Source: Bilabrum cf. latius
Lineage: Eukaryota
DNA: 64,000 nucleotides
NCBI GenBank assembly: GCA_965178125.1
Contig: OZ237736.1
Span: forward strand, 992,001 to 1,056,000
Direction of reading: 5' to 3'
The notes under the pieces were generated by a model. It worked only from the letters and a program-made list of their open reading frames with translations, was not told the DNA's origin and ran no database searches. Positions 49,695 through 63,205 of this stretch are shown piece by piece (positions within the stretch are counted from its first letter, which is position 1; every line of letters starts with the position of its first letter). Both the position numbers and the translations under genes were made by a program.

Positions 49695-51467
49695 ATGATT
49701 TCATTTGTTTCGTCGGTGCTGACAACTGCAGTGGCTCTAGTTGCAGTTGGAAGCGGGGCGATCCTAGCCCCGCCGAGCTTCCCGTGGTCAAACTCCAGGG
49801 GCGTAAACATACACTATACCTCCGGCGTGCCTGGGGAGACTAAAATGCTCGCTGAAGGGTTCGATGGGATCAGAATGGACCTGCACTGGGCAGAGGTCGA
49901 GACGGTCAAGGGCGTCTACAACTTCTCAGAATTTGACACTCTGGTTCAAGATCTCGAGAAGAATGGCTTGCAGACAAGGTACCTCATCCTAGACTACTCG
50001 AATGAGCTGTACTGCAAGGGCGGTGAAGCCCCGTAGACCCCAGAAGAGCGCTCCGCGTTCGCGAACTTCGCGGTTGCAGCTGCCAAGAGGTATAACAGCC
50101 AGGGAGTCGTCTTGGAGCTTTGGAACGGTGAGTATCGCTCGTTTGGTGATTTTAATAGCCTCATGAATGCCTCAATTTCGTAAATGCTGCTACGGGGACT
50201 CGCATCTCTCGCAGAACCGAACGGTGGCTTCTGGCTCAACTCGACTGGGGCTCACGCTCCAAACGCTACCCAGTATAGCGAGCTTCTTACCACCGTTGGA
50301 CAAGCCCTCGCAACACGTGCGCCAGGCACAGTCTTGACCGGGCCCACGACGGCTGGCATGGATTTCCCATACATCTAGCAGGTCCTGGAGCGCGGCGGGT
50401 TGGCCTACTTGTCCGGCGTGTCCGTGCACCCGTACCGGCCGTCTCCGCCTGAGAGCGCCTGCTATGACTACGCGACCCTGCGATCCATGATCGCGAATCA
50501 CTCTGCTGCCAGTGGCGGTGGTTGGTCAGGCGGCCCCTCGGGTGCTGCGTTTCCAAATGGCGACCCCTGGGTGGGGGCAGGCACCAGGGTGTCCCCCCCT
50601 ACCCCCGCGGGTGTTCCCCCGGTGCTATCATCGGAGTGGGGCTACACCACGTGCACCAAGCCGGCATCGTGCATCCCCGAGCAGTCCATCAGCATTTCTG
50701 AATCGCTCTAGGCGGCGTACCTCCAGCGGCGCTTCATAGCGGACGCGCTGTGCGGAGTGCCCATGTCCATTGACTACGACTGGCGGAACGGAGGTGATGA
50801 CCCGTCGCAGCGAGAGCAAAACTTCGGGGGAGTGCTGCACGACCCCACTGGCAACAGCTCGCAGCCGTTCGTTCCCAAGCCCAAGTTCCTCGCTGCCTCC
50901 GCCTACAAGTCGCTTGTGGGTAGCCTGCAGCTCCGTGGGAGGGTCGCTGCAGACGTCACAACTGCCGCCACCGGCTCGATGCAGGCCAGCGCGCCAGGCA
51001 GCCACGAGCCATCGAATGCCACATTTGTGGCGGAATTCGCTGGTCCTCCCCGCAGTCAAACCCAAACCCAATCCTCAACCCAAGCCCAATCCTCAACCCA
51101 AGCCCAAGCCCAATCCTCGTCCTCGCTCGTGTATGCGGCGTGGACGATGGGGAGTCAGGGCTATTGCGGCACGCTGCCCTCGCACCACGATTGCGGGTTC
51201 TTCGCTATCTCTGAGAAGGAGTGCGTGGAAGGTCGTGGGTGTTGCTACACCCCGAACCATGACGGCTTGCCGTGGTGCTAGTGGCCCATGGGTGGCGGCA
51301 GCGTGCAAGCGTCCTTCGACGTGGACGAGCAGGTGCCTCAGGGAGCGTGCTTCCAGCAGCGGTCCTGGAACGGCACTGCAGAGGGCAAAGTGTGCGCGGG
51401 GGGGTCGTCAGGCCGGCAGCTGTCGGTCGAACTGACCCGCATGCCTGTCTTTTTGTCTATGGATTGA
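49695..51467 (+). CDS. Secreted clan GH-A glycoside hydrolase (GH39/GH5-like) with a trefoil (P-type) module; intron about 50128-50214
   Basis: Signal peptide, GVNIH, IRMDLHW, ELWN|EPN, VSVHPY, SSEWGY, *AAYLQR, YDW, CGFFAISEKECVEGRGCCY...PWC. TAGs at 50034, 50376, 50709 and 51279. TGA stop. Confidence 0.8.
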
Positions 51468-51664
51468 GGCGGTTTGTCCACTTGGAGTGCGACCTGCAGG
51501 GTAAACCCAGCTGAAACGCCACGCTACATTGCTGGGGTCAGTTCAATACCAGTATTTGCGTGGTACTGTGGCACTGGTGGTGGTGATGTCCGGAAGGTGC
51601 AGCTCATTGATGTGCAAGAAGACAAGTCTCGCCTCCGCCACTCACGTTGCATCGACAAACTCCC

Positions 51665-53743
51665 ATGCAGTAGGGGACGGCAATTGTGCCTAATGTAAGT
51701 AGTAGCGATTCACTTGGTCTCTGCATTGATGGAGATCAACGGTCTGACGAGTATCCTACTGGAACAAGCCCGATCCCACAACGAGCACTGGAAGCAGCGG
51801 GACTCTCTGCCGCACCTGGCCCTTCTGAAGATCAAAAGGGTATTGCTGGTGATTCAACAGCGGGACACGCTGTTTTAAATCATAGTGGCATTATGGATTC
51901 CCCGGGACCCTTTGCCATATCGCGAAACATTTCCTATGTCGTTGGTCAGACAAATGAACTGCAACTCGGTGCTCCTGCTATATCTTTGGACAAAATTAGG
52001 TAGTCGGAGCATTCGACAGGTATAAGAAGAGTTCAAAGTATCAGTTCCGGGCCCGGGAGAAGCTCGGGGTTCGTGCGACACTATGCTATGTCCGACGCGA
52101 ATCTTGCTGCTACGGGTACGGAGTCTACAGTTACCGGCAGCAATTCCGGCAAGATGGGTCAATCTGCCCCATAGCCTGGAGAAGACAAAATGCAGGTAGC
52201 TTCGCTAGGAGGACAGAATGAAGAGTAGGCCGTGGTGGCACCGATGTCGGCTATGCGCGTCAGGTACCTGCACCACCTAGATTGGGAGATCCGAAGAGAT
52301 GAAATCAAGCTCGTGCACGAGATCGGGCGAGGCGCGTTTGCTACCGTGCACAAAGGCCTGTGGCGAGGAGCGCCAGTGGCGGTGAAGCAGCTGAACACCC
52401 ACCTGCTTCAGGGCCCTAGGGAGGCGAAGATGGCCGCGCTCAGGGACTTCGCCAACGAGCTGGAAATCATGGGAGGGCTGGCACACCCCCGCGTCGTGCA
52501 GTTTCTTGGTGCGTGCACGTCCTAGAAGCCATGGCTGGTCATAACAGAGTACCTTGGGGGCGGCACTCTGGAGCACGCCTTGCAGCAGGCACGGAGGCGC
52601 CAGGTGGGCCTCGGAGTGGCGAATTCCATGCGAATCGCCAAAGACATCGCTTCTGGGCTCTCGTACCTCCACAGCAAGCGACCTCAGCGACTGGTGCACC
52701 GGGATCTGAAGCCAAGTAACGTGCTCATTGAGACCCTCTCAAAGATAGCCAAGATCTCGGACTTTGGGCTGGGCAAGGCTCTTTATACGATGCAGAGAGG
52801 ATAGGGCTCACAGCCCAGCCTAACTGTGATGGAGTCATCGTCGCAGCAGTCGGAACTTGACCATGAGCCTGCTCATGGCACGAATGGTCAGGGGTCAAGC
52901 AGGGCATCGGATAGGCATACTGAAGCCCATCCATCATCAGCAGGGGTGCAACAGCAGGCCGCTGCACCCATGCCCAGATTGGCTTTTGCTGGACCTTACC
53001 AAGACGATGATAGCATAGAACACTCGAATAGGATAGTTGTTCGAGCTGTCGGCACATCTTCGGCCTCGCAAGCTGCCGGGTCCCTTTCAGCGACAGGTCA
53101 CCCGGCAGGCCGCCATCCTTCGGCACTGGCAGCGTCTTCCAAAGGGACTGCCGGCGTGGCGATGGCGAGTGAAGTGCCCAATGCTGCCCTTAACAGCGCT
53201 GCTGTATCTTCACTGCGGCCTACCGGCTCCAAAGACACTGAAATGCGACAGTCCAACGCACCAGGATCTTCGGCAGCAAATGGTGGAAATACGCGCGGCG
53301 TGGACTCTGTATCGCCGGACATTGCCACTGCCGCGGGAGGTGCGCCGCCACCTGGAGTAGCAGGCACATTCCCGGAGATGACGGGTGAAACTGGCAGCTA
53401 TCGGTACATGTCAGGGGAGGTGTTCCGGCACGCACCATACACGGAGAAGGTGGACATCTTCTCGCTTGGCTTGATCATGTGGGAGTGCTTCGAGGGCGGC
53501 ATGTGGCTTAGGCACCTGGCGCCTGCGGTGGCCTGCCACCGCATGGCGATCGAAGGCGCTCGACCCCCGTTCTCGGGTAGGACGCCTGCGGGCGTGCAAG
53601 CTCTCATCAAGAGGTGCTGGGCGCAGCTGCCGCGGGATCGACCGTCGGCCAGCGATGTGTACCAGGAACTCTGCCGCATCGAGACTGAGGAACTGCTGCC
53701 GCCGATTTGCTACAACTGCGATGGAGCGTGCACAGTCTCTTGA
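51665..53743 (+). CDS. Tyrosine-kinase-like (TKL) protein kinase with a large activation-segment insert
   Basis: [71 protein letters not shown] stop. Start inferred. Confidence 0.85.
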
Positions 53744-53868
53744 GCGCAATGCGCGTTGGTTGCATACGAGTTGCGTGTTGAACTTTCAAGAAGAAGATAC
53801 GAGGTGCGACCCCCCAACCAATTCGGAATATGAACCAGACTCGATCTGTTCAGAAAACAGCCTTCAAT

Positions 53869-56346
53869 ATGGTGTCTGCCTCTGCATCCGCACCTGGCAA
53901 ACTCATATTGTTCGGTGAACATGCGGTGGTCCATGGAGCAACTGCTGTTGCAGCAGCTCTGAGTGATCTTCGAGCATTTGTTGATGCAGTAAGTGTGGCG
54001 ATTTGCAGCAAAGAAACCACCAACCAATCAGCACGTTCGTGTACTCAAACTGAAAAATCCTATATCTAACTAAGTTTGCAGGAAATTACGGAGGATGCGT
54101 TGATTTCGGTGACAATACCGGACTTGCAGAATGCAAACAGAAGCAGTGGGCAAGTCCCCGGATCTGAAGGGAATCGACCAGTGTTTACCTCCACCTGGAG
54201 AGTGTCTGATATATATACAGAGTTCTTGTCGTCTATCCCAGAGGCACCGGAGCCCGGCGCAGCGGTCCGACCGACGGAAGCAACCCGAGCCGCGCTTGAG
54301 GCACTTGCGGGTAAGGTGGGCGACAGCAGGGTGCAGCCCGCAATGCCATGCGTATTTCTCGCTTGCGGGATCCTTCGAGATCTGTTGTTTGACCCTGCCT
54401 CGCCTGATGGCGTGACTTCGAAAGGTACAGGCGTCAAGCTTCGTGTGGGCTGGCCATCGCTCCCAATTGCTGCTGGGCTCGGCTCCAGCGCCGCATACTC
54501 CGTGGCAGCGGCCGGTAGCATGATTCTCCTTCGAAAGCGCGTCCACGATCTAGAGAATGTGTCCAAGTCAAAGGAGTCGGAGTGGCGAGAGGCCTCCGAA
54601 TCCGAGACGGGAGGGATCAACGACTGGGCCTTCTGCGCTGAGGCCCTCTTCCACGGGCAGCCGTCCGGTCTTGACAACACGGTGAGCTCGCACGGAGGGG
54701 CCATTGCCTTCAGCAGATCCCCCCATCGCATCCGTGCGCTGCCCCCCCTTCCTCTGCTCGACATCCTGGTGGTCAATACGAAGGTCCCGAAGAACACGGG
54801 GCTGCTTGTCAGCGGGGTGCAAAGGAGGCACGACGTCATACCAGAGGTGGTCCGTCCGGTCTTCACCGCCATCGATGCCATCTCACGCACGTGTGTAGAC
54901 CTAGTCAAGGCGGAGCACCGCCGCAGGATGCGAGTGGCGGTGCGGAAGAGGCTCTAGAAGGTCGGGGCGGGCGGGGACGGCCTCGGGCTCTCTCGCAGGG
55001 AGGCCCTCGCGTTGTTGGGCGCGCTAGCCGAGAGCATGGAGGAGGGGGACAGGAGGGGGAAGGGGGGGAATGATGAGGAGGAAGAGGAGGAGGAGGATGA
55101 TGGCGATGATGACGATGAAGACGACGGGCAAGCCGACGAGAGGCAAGCTGGATCTGCTAGTGGGACGGCTGGCACGACGGACGTTGGGGCGTCAGCGGCA
55201 GCAGTGGATATCCACGGTTCGGCCATGGATCAGGAGATGGGTCCCGCCGGTGGTGGCCAGCACGGGTTCCAGTCCACCAAGGCTTCAGGCAGTGCTGCCC
55301 CCTCTGCACCCTGCGGGCCAGCGCAGGGCTTGGACGACGAAGGGGGCCCCGAGGTTGCGACAGCTGCAGGTGCTGGTGCTGTTGCTGGTGCCGCGGAGGA
55401 CTGCATCAGTCCGGTGCCAAGCGGGCACGTGGGGTGGTCCGAGAGCGACGGTTCCATCCCTTCCTTGACTCCAGTTGCGCGGGAGCAGCCGATCGCTGGG
55501 CATGGGTGCCCTGGCGCCGACTCATCGAGCGCGGGCAGCAGCGGCAGCAGCACAGACGGCGGCGGGAGTGGCAGCGGCAGCGGGGGAGGGGCCGGTGAGA
55601 TCCACAGGACTGGAAGCATCCTAGGACTAGGCAGCGGCCGAACGATGGACGATTCACTGAGGCGGTAGTGGTCCGACCACGCACAGAACGAGGCGACCGG
55701 GGCCTCCTTTGCCTTCGAGGCGGCCCAGGGAACAACGAGGCGGGACAGGCTAGGCAGCGGTGCGAGTGCCGAGGTCGTGGACGCTGCGGCAATCGCCGCC
55801 GCGGGGGAACCGGCGGGTCGCAAGCAGGTACCGCAGGGTTCGTCGCGCCCCGGTAGCGACGATGGGTCGGCCAGGCACCGGGCTCGCTCCGAGGGCGAGC
55901 TGACGCACGCCTTGGTGCAGGCCGCTGCGGAACATGCCATCACGGCGCCGCGCGGGGACCAGCCGCCGGTGTTGCCTACACCGGGCGACACCGCACGAGC
56001 TTCACGAAGGTTCGTCAGGATGCTGTCCTCCCTCGTGGAGACGAACCACTGCCTCCTGAACGGGCTCGGGGTTGGGCACCCCGCTCTCGAGACGGTTGTG
56101 CAGCGGGCCAGGACCAAGGGGTTTGCTGCCAAGCTGACGGGGGCTGGAGGTGGCGGCTGTGCCCTCGTTCTGTTGCATGCCGCGCTGCCGCCTGGCCCGT
56201 CCGCGGCTAGCTCCAGTGAGAGCGTGCCGAAGCCCTCCGGCAAGGAGCGGCGAGCACGCGTGGAATCCCTGCGGAGGGAGCTGGAGGGGCAGGGGTTCGC
56301 TTGCTTCAAGACGAGGCTGGCAGGGCCCGGAGTACTACTGAAGTGA
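53869..56346 (+). CDS. MVK: Mevalonate kinase with a large acidic/Gly-rich insertion; intron 53989-54081
   Basis: SAPGKLILFGEHAVVHG, LPIAAGLGSSAA, HGQPSGLDN, NHCLLNGLGVGHP, KLTGAGGGGC. TAGs at 54955 and 55666. TGA stop. Confidence 0.92.
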
Positions 56347-56522
56347 TTCAGATCTTGAAAGATGGTCGGAGGCAGTTGGAGGTCACGAGCGCTAGATCCG
56401 GATTAGCTTGTGCGGAACGGCTGCCGGCAGCATTTGGCGCCGCGCATAAGTCCATCATGGTTCCGCAAGCAACCGCTTCGCGCTCGACTCCAACCTACCC
56501 CTTGTTCCACGCTTGTCCACTC

Positions 56523-59500
56523 ATGGATACGTATACCGAATCAACCGCCCATTCTGATAATCAGAGTAACACTTCACGGGCTCCCAATACCGCGTCAAAG
56601 GACTCTGTCGACATGGTGCTGGCAGCAAGCGCGGCTGCGTCGGCTGCTGAAGCCATAGAGAGGCAAATGTTGGCAGAAACAGACGAGCGGCTGCGGCTGT
56701 AGCATAGACTAGCACAAAATGCGGACAGTGATAGCCGCAAACTGGCTGAGGAGGGGCCTGAAGGGTCAGACAGCTCGCAATCGGCAACAACCAGGCAGAT
56801 TGCGCGGCTGATGAATTAGACTCGGATGATGCAGGTCCGAGTCGAACGAGAAAAATCGCAGGCAGCTGCCGTACGGGCTGAGCTTGAGGAGGCCCAGCAG
56901 CACATCGCTCACTTGAAGAACGCGCTCAGTCGCAGTGCAGCTGGCACTGGCTAGGAGACACTGGCAAGGCTGCACTCACGGTGCGAGCACCAAACTCGCC
57001 AAATTGCCGGGCTCCAAATGGAAAAAGTGAGGCTGTAGCAAAGTTTGGACAGTGCGCAAGCAGAGGCTGATTCGAAGCGGCCGGAGCAAGAACGACTGCG
57101 GGAGACTGTGGATGTGCTGCGAGACAGTCTGGAAGACGCCCGCCAGGAGGTGCTGCGGTGCCAGCAGCAGTTAGATTCCGCAAAGGAAGATACTCAGGCC
57201 GCCCTTTCTGTTGCATCAAGCTACAAGGAGACGTTGAACCGCCGTAGCACAGCCATGGACATATCGCAGCGAGTTGCATACGACCGCGACCTCCGAACCG
57301 CGGTGGAGCGAGCCGTGGCAGCAGCGAAAGAAGCGTGGACACATAGATCGGAAGAATTAGCACGTTAGCTTAAGGTACAAGTCAACGAACTACAAGAGGA
57401 GCTGGTTTTGGTGCGAGAGGATGGACAGTTTGCTCAGGAGAGTCTCGCTGTCCGGCTGCAAGCGCAGTACGAGGAGGCAACCGGGAGGGAGCGAGAATAG
57501 ATTCGAGCCGAGATTTTGGCCCTTCGCGATCTTGTGGAATCGGATGCTGCGCGCACACGCCGTGACCACGACACTCAGCTCAAGCAGCAACTGCAGTTCT
57601 CGCTCAAGGCCGCCGCGTGCTTCCGGCTCGGTGCCGTAGCTGCTCGGTTTGTTCTCAAAAGGAAGATGAAGTCCATGGCGCAGTGGAAACAGGTAATGCA
57701 TGGATACTCACAGGCAAGACGGGCTAGAATTGCCATGGGCATGTGGTACCTGGGTCGCAAGCGGCGAGCAGAGTCGGCCAGGACCGTGCTCCGATACTGG
57801 CACGCTCTCGCGAGGCTGCGCGGGTGTGGCGTTGAGGCGGAGCTACTCAACGGTCTCGTTGGCCCGAAGCGTGCAGCGGACAGCCCAGAGCAAGCTTCGA
57901 AGTATGCCGTTGTTCGCACTTCACTGACTCGAGCCGAGGCGCTTGCGGGTACCAGACTCGCCCCAACAGCATGGCCGCGGGAGCAGGACCAAGGCCTCCA
58001 CGATGCACGGGCACGTGACCATGAAGCTATAGTTCCACGTGAATCAGCGGGTGATAGAACACTGAGAGGATACGAGACGCTCCATACACCGTTTCAAAGG
58101 CAAGGCGTCCGTCCTTGGAGCAGGTCTTTGAACCCCAGCTAGGCCTTGGTGAAGTTCGGTACTGACAGGTATGGCGAGCCACAGATGGCTAGAACAATAT
58201 CGTCACCTTCCATGGGAACTGCTGACGAGCTGATCAGGCCAAATACTCGACCGGTTTCTGCCGGTGATGATAAGCCAGCTGCGCAATAGCTGCAAGACTC
58301 AAAAAACACGGGCTGCATTCTCGCAGTGGTGCTTGGCAACCTCACGGCACACCAGAGTGCTGCGCTGCGTCCATCTGCTTCCGAGCTCCTGCTCCACTCG
58401 GCCAGAGCCATTGAGGATGCGTAGTACGCTCAAAAGCTAGCCAGGTCCTGCCGTAACGTGCCAGGAGATACATTGCTGCATCCAGCGGAGGAGCTTTGGC
58501 AGCGCAGTAGAGCTGACAGCCTCACACCACTTGGACCAACTTTATCTGGTTGGACCGACGACTGGGACATTGTGGAGCACCACAAAGATTTCAGACATAC
58601 TGATAAAACTACTGTGAGTACGGGGCAAGCCAGAGCCCTTTCACCGCAGGACCGGGCTCGCTTGCTCCCCTGGGGAGGCATCGGAAGCAGTGTAGCCGAG
58701 CAGATGCGCCGAGAGAAGGCGCTTTCTTCCCCTAGTCAAGGAGTCAGCGCACCGAGTCCCACCACCGAGTCTCCAAGAAGAAGCGATTCAAGCAGTGTGC
58801 ACGAGGCACTCCAATCTACCCGTTCAAGCGCGGCAAGGTCAGACGTTCCTCGAGCGAGCACTGCCGCAGAGGTAGCCCTCCCAGCGCTGCTCGAGATGCG
58901 AACCAAACGGGCCAGGCTGAACGCAGCAATGCGCTTGAAAGGGCCGACCCAGGTTCACTCCAGTGCATAGAATCCAGACAGCCCTGCAGGCACTGCAAAG
59001 CCGCTGGCGCCATTGGACGACTCGACAGTGGCTAAGCTCGACTCCATGATCGCGAGAGCACGGGAATCGTCTCCGGTTCGTATCGGCAAACGTCTTACCC
59101 CAGACGCACGCAATGTAGTCGAGGTGCACCCACCACCAGGCGTAGTATTGCCGCATTGCGACGGCGACACAGTCGCTGCACCAAGCACAATCAGCCTGGG
59201 CGCGCTGCCTCGCATGGTGGTCCGGATGCGGCGGCGGCGGCCGGGACCTCGGGTCACTCCCGACACGAGCAGTCAGCCGCAGCAATCCATGCTGTTTCGC
59301 ATGAGTGAACAGTCAAAGGTTCTGTTCGTGGAGGGGCATCGCTTGCGCGGCTTGGCCAGACTGTCGGGTATCATGCGTCGGGTGTACATGCGTAAGCTGC
59401 ACCTCGGATTCACAGCGTTACAAAGGCACTACATGCAAACTGGTATCCAGTTGAGGTTACGCGACGTGCCATCGCCCTCAAGGACGCATGAAGAAATCAG

Positions 59501-59636
59501 TTATGCTTCCAGGACGGATGTCGATGAGATGGCAGCCCTGCGGAAAGCGCTTGCCGAGGTATCGGCGAAATTGCGGCAAGCAATTCGGGACAAGGGCAGG
59601 GCAGAAAGGGCTCTCATCGCTGCCGGGGTCGATTGA
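56523..59636 (+). CDS. Coiled-coil protein of unknown function, multiple in-frame TAGs; start uncertain
   Basis: Fragments ending 56702, 57368, 58142, 58970 and 59636 share one frame joined by TAG. E/Q/R/A-rich heptads. TGA at 59634. Confidence 0.65.
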
Positions 59637-59771
59637 AATGCACCGATGACTGCAACAGGATCAGAGCTATTCTAGACTTCCCAATGAATTTCTCATCCAC
59701 AACACTGCACACAATCCATGGATTAGGCTTGCTCGCAGATTCCAACCAAGACGAGACCCGCTGCCTGCACT

Positions 59772-62700
59772 TCACTCCTTGGTACCAACGGTGAACATGC
59801 GGATCTGGCGAACATCAAAGAATGGCAGGTCTAGATTGCGAAGATATACTACGCTCCACAGATTGCGCTGCATCCATGCCTGGGTGTCTTCCGTAGGCGA
59901 GTACCGCTCCACAACGAGTTCGTGTGGGCGGGGCAGCACGCCGACGAGCGTGTCATCCTGGATGCAGCGAAGGACCGCCTCGTCGTCAACAGAGCCGCCG
60001 CCCGCCTGGATGAGGTTCATGACTCTGGGGCGCAGATGCCGCAGGGCCAGCTTGATTTCTCGGAGCGGAAGCATCGACTGCTGTTCTTCCAGCCATGTCT
60101 GCAGCTGCTCCCTGTACCGTCTCTGCGCAGTGAGATCAGCACCTGCCTGGTCTTCCTCCCCGTCAGCAGGGGCAGCCTGATCTTCTTCGGGTGAAGCGCC
60201 ATCAGCTGGTCGCACACCATCGGTGGCCATTGGCACAACGTCAGGAGACGTTCCTTTTCCGGCGTCTTCGCCGGGATCGCTCTGCCCATCACCGCCCTCC
60301 GCATCACTGGAGCTTGCCTCTTCGGGCAGCGGATCCATCACGTCATCCACCACAAAAGTCTCTAGCCTGTGCAGGATCGCTGCCTCCTTCACGAGCGCGT
60401 AGATCAGGTACGCATGACCATCGTACTGATACTGAATCACGTTACGAAACATCTGCAGCAGTCGCTGCAGTTGCAAGACGCTGTCCGGGCCGCGAAGCAC
60501 CTCGGATGGGTCGCCGAGAACCGTGAGCAAACTCGCAATCTTTGTGCCAGTCACCATGTGCACTCGTTTCACGAACACAGACACATTGCTGAGAACCAGC
60601 ATGAGCAGCGAATGCATGCGGCGATGGTTGCTGGAGCCGTTCACGAGCACCTTGTGCGCTGTGAGGTACAGCAGGTCACCATGGCATCCCTCGAACGCAG
60701 GCAAGCCGATCATCGGTGGCAGCTCTGCAGCTGACACAGTCTTGTTCAGCTGCACGCAGAAGCTCCTGTAGCCGCTTAAGAACAGCAGGATGAAGCAGAT
60801 TAAATGCACTGTGCCCCAGTCCTTGCTGAGCCGCTCCCTCCACAGGTAGTAGCAAAGCGGCCTGATCAAGCGGCACACATCCTCCTGCTCAACAACATGC
60901 CGAGCAAACGAACGATTCGAGTCCAGTAGATGCCACAGCAGCAAGAGGGCTTCCTGGTGGCTGCCGAGCGCCTTCATGCTGAACGGCAGTACCGTCTGCT
61001 TGCTCTTGGACGAGTTCGATAGGAACCTCACGATTGTACCAAACAGAGTCTCAAAGTCCGTGGTGTCAGTGATGCCTGCCATCAGCCCACGATACGCATT
61101 GTACACGAGCGGTCGCAACCGAGGCGAGGATTCTTGCTACAACCCGTCCTACAATGACCCGGCGCCAGCATCGGTCGAGGACCCTGCAGGCTCAGCAGGA
61201 TGATCTCTGTCCTCCCCTGCCCCAGATGCTGGACCTGCGGCAGCCTAGCCGACAGCGTGTGCACCGGGGGCCCCGTCGCCCCGCATGGCAGCCTCTTCCT
61301 CCTCCTCTGCTGCTAGATGCCTCGCGTCTTCACGGACTTTCTCCGCGTACGCCCCTGTGTCCCGCACCAAGGGCTCATCGGCGGGTGGCCGGTAGTCGAG
61401 CAGCAGCAGGAGCGCCTGAAGCGATGCATCGATGAACGGCTCCCTGCTGTCAGCCTCCATGGCAGACACGTACGGCAGCCCCCACCCTTCAGGGTCAAAG
61501 GACACCACCGTGTTGATGAGCGAGAAGAAGAGGGTGGGCAGCATGGGGCAGTCAGGGCTGATAGCAGTTTCGTACAGGGGGCACCTCGCCGAGGCCCCGG
61601 AGCCGGTGTCGACGTACAGGGGCTGCGACATGCACACGATAAGCAGGCGCAGCAGCTCTGTCCTGTTCTGTTCCCAGACTGATGACCTTGGTGGGCTCAA
61701 TGAGCGGAACACGACACCGCCAGACCACAGCAGGCTGGGCCAGATGGAGTTGGACAGGTTGGGAGCAAAGGGTGGCACCTCGCCCTGGATGACCGGCTTG
61801 GCCGGGGTTGAATCCGGCTCCCCGTCAGCCTCATCCATGCTTGCCGACTGGACATGCCCGTTCTCAGCAGAAGTGCCCGCGCTTGGTTCGTCGTCCTCTG
61901 GTGATGCCAACGCACCGGATGATGCAGCAGCAGCAGCAGCGCCGCCGCTCGCCACCCCTACATCGTCACCATCTTCGTCTATACCGGATGTTTGCTCGCC
62001 TTGCACCTCATCTGTAGATTCGTCGGATGTCTTTTCAAGGTCTTTTTGACCGCCAGATGTGCCCTCCTCGTTCCTGGCTGTTCTCGCCATGTCGGCATGC
62101 TGCTTCTTCATGGTTAGGAACCTGTCTCGGAAGAGAGCGAATTGCATGGCAGACACAGTAAACTCAGGCGTGAACAGCAGTCGCATTACACTATACACAA
62201 GGCGTTGGCCAAGGGGCGCACCATTCCCAGATTCCTGCAGCTACTGCCGCTAGATCTGCGCGGCTTCGGAGCTCAGCTGGCTGGACGAGCCTGCCGCACT
62301 CTGGTCGGGCCCGGCTGTGCCGGTGACCTCGGGAGCTTCGGCGCCAGAGTCTGCCCCGCCGCTTTCCCCCTTTGCCTATTCAGAGCCAGTATCTGACGCA
62401 GTAGCATCCTCTGTGCCAGGCTGGTCAACTGTGGTGCTCTACCCAGCCGCTGCGCTACCAGCGGCAAGCTTGTCTTCCAAGAACTGCTCGAGATAGTCGC
62501 CTACTCCGACCCAGACTTCCATAAGGTCTTCATCGTGCTGTTCCGGCGCGGTTGCAGATGAAACTGGAACACCAGCTGCCGTTTGTAGCATCGAGATTTG
62601 GTCATCCCACAGCAAGCGTTGCGTGAAGGCATCCTCCGTGTTTTCAAGCAGCACAGGCAAGATTCGAGTGAGCAAACGAACCTGCATGATAGTATTAAAT

Positions 62701-63054
62701 GAATTGCAGGGCCTTTGGTGCTAATGCTATGCCTTGTCTCAATATGGTAAGCTAAAATCACGCATGCCTCACTATGTTTAGAACAGGCCTTGAATCCTGC
62801 TTTGAAAACCGTCCAGAGTAGCGTTCCAGCGCTTCCACCAGTTTGATAACAAGCATACATAAATTTGTCGGAAGCCTGCTTCTCATTGCGCGCACGTCGT
62901 CTGGCTAGATCAGTCCAAAGATCTGCTCAACTCCAGCCTTATGATGCCAGAACCCCTCCCAAACGGGATGGTCGGGAGGAACAGTTGCCTTGCATATCTC
63001 TGTTACTGTAGCAGTTAAATCCCTTGGTGCTGGGGCTGACGCCGTATTTCCCAT
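59772..63054 (-). CDS. HID1: HID1 family Golgi protein; intron 62682-62772
   Basis: MGNTAS (myristoylation-type start), WEGFW, PTNL, VLNI|VRLLTRILP, NRTELLRLL, SLINTVVSFDPEGWGLPY, IQYQYDG. Several TAGs. TGA stop. Confidence 0.88.
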
Positions 63055-63205
63055 GCTGAAGATTGTCAACGCGAGCAGCCCCGCGGCGGCGCTGCCAGAT
63101 CGGAGAAAGTTCCGTGGTTCGGGGAGAGCGACAGCGGCGTTTTAGATTCGGGCTTGGCGACGCGCTGTGGTGGATGTTGTGTCTAGCAAACACAGAAACA
63201 CTTAA

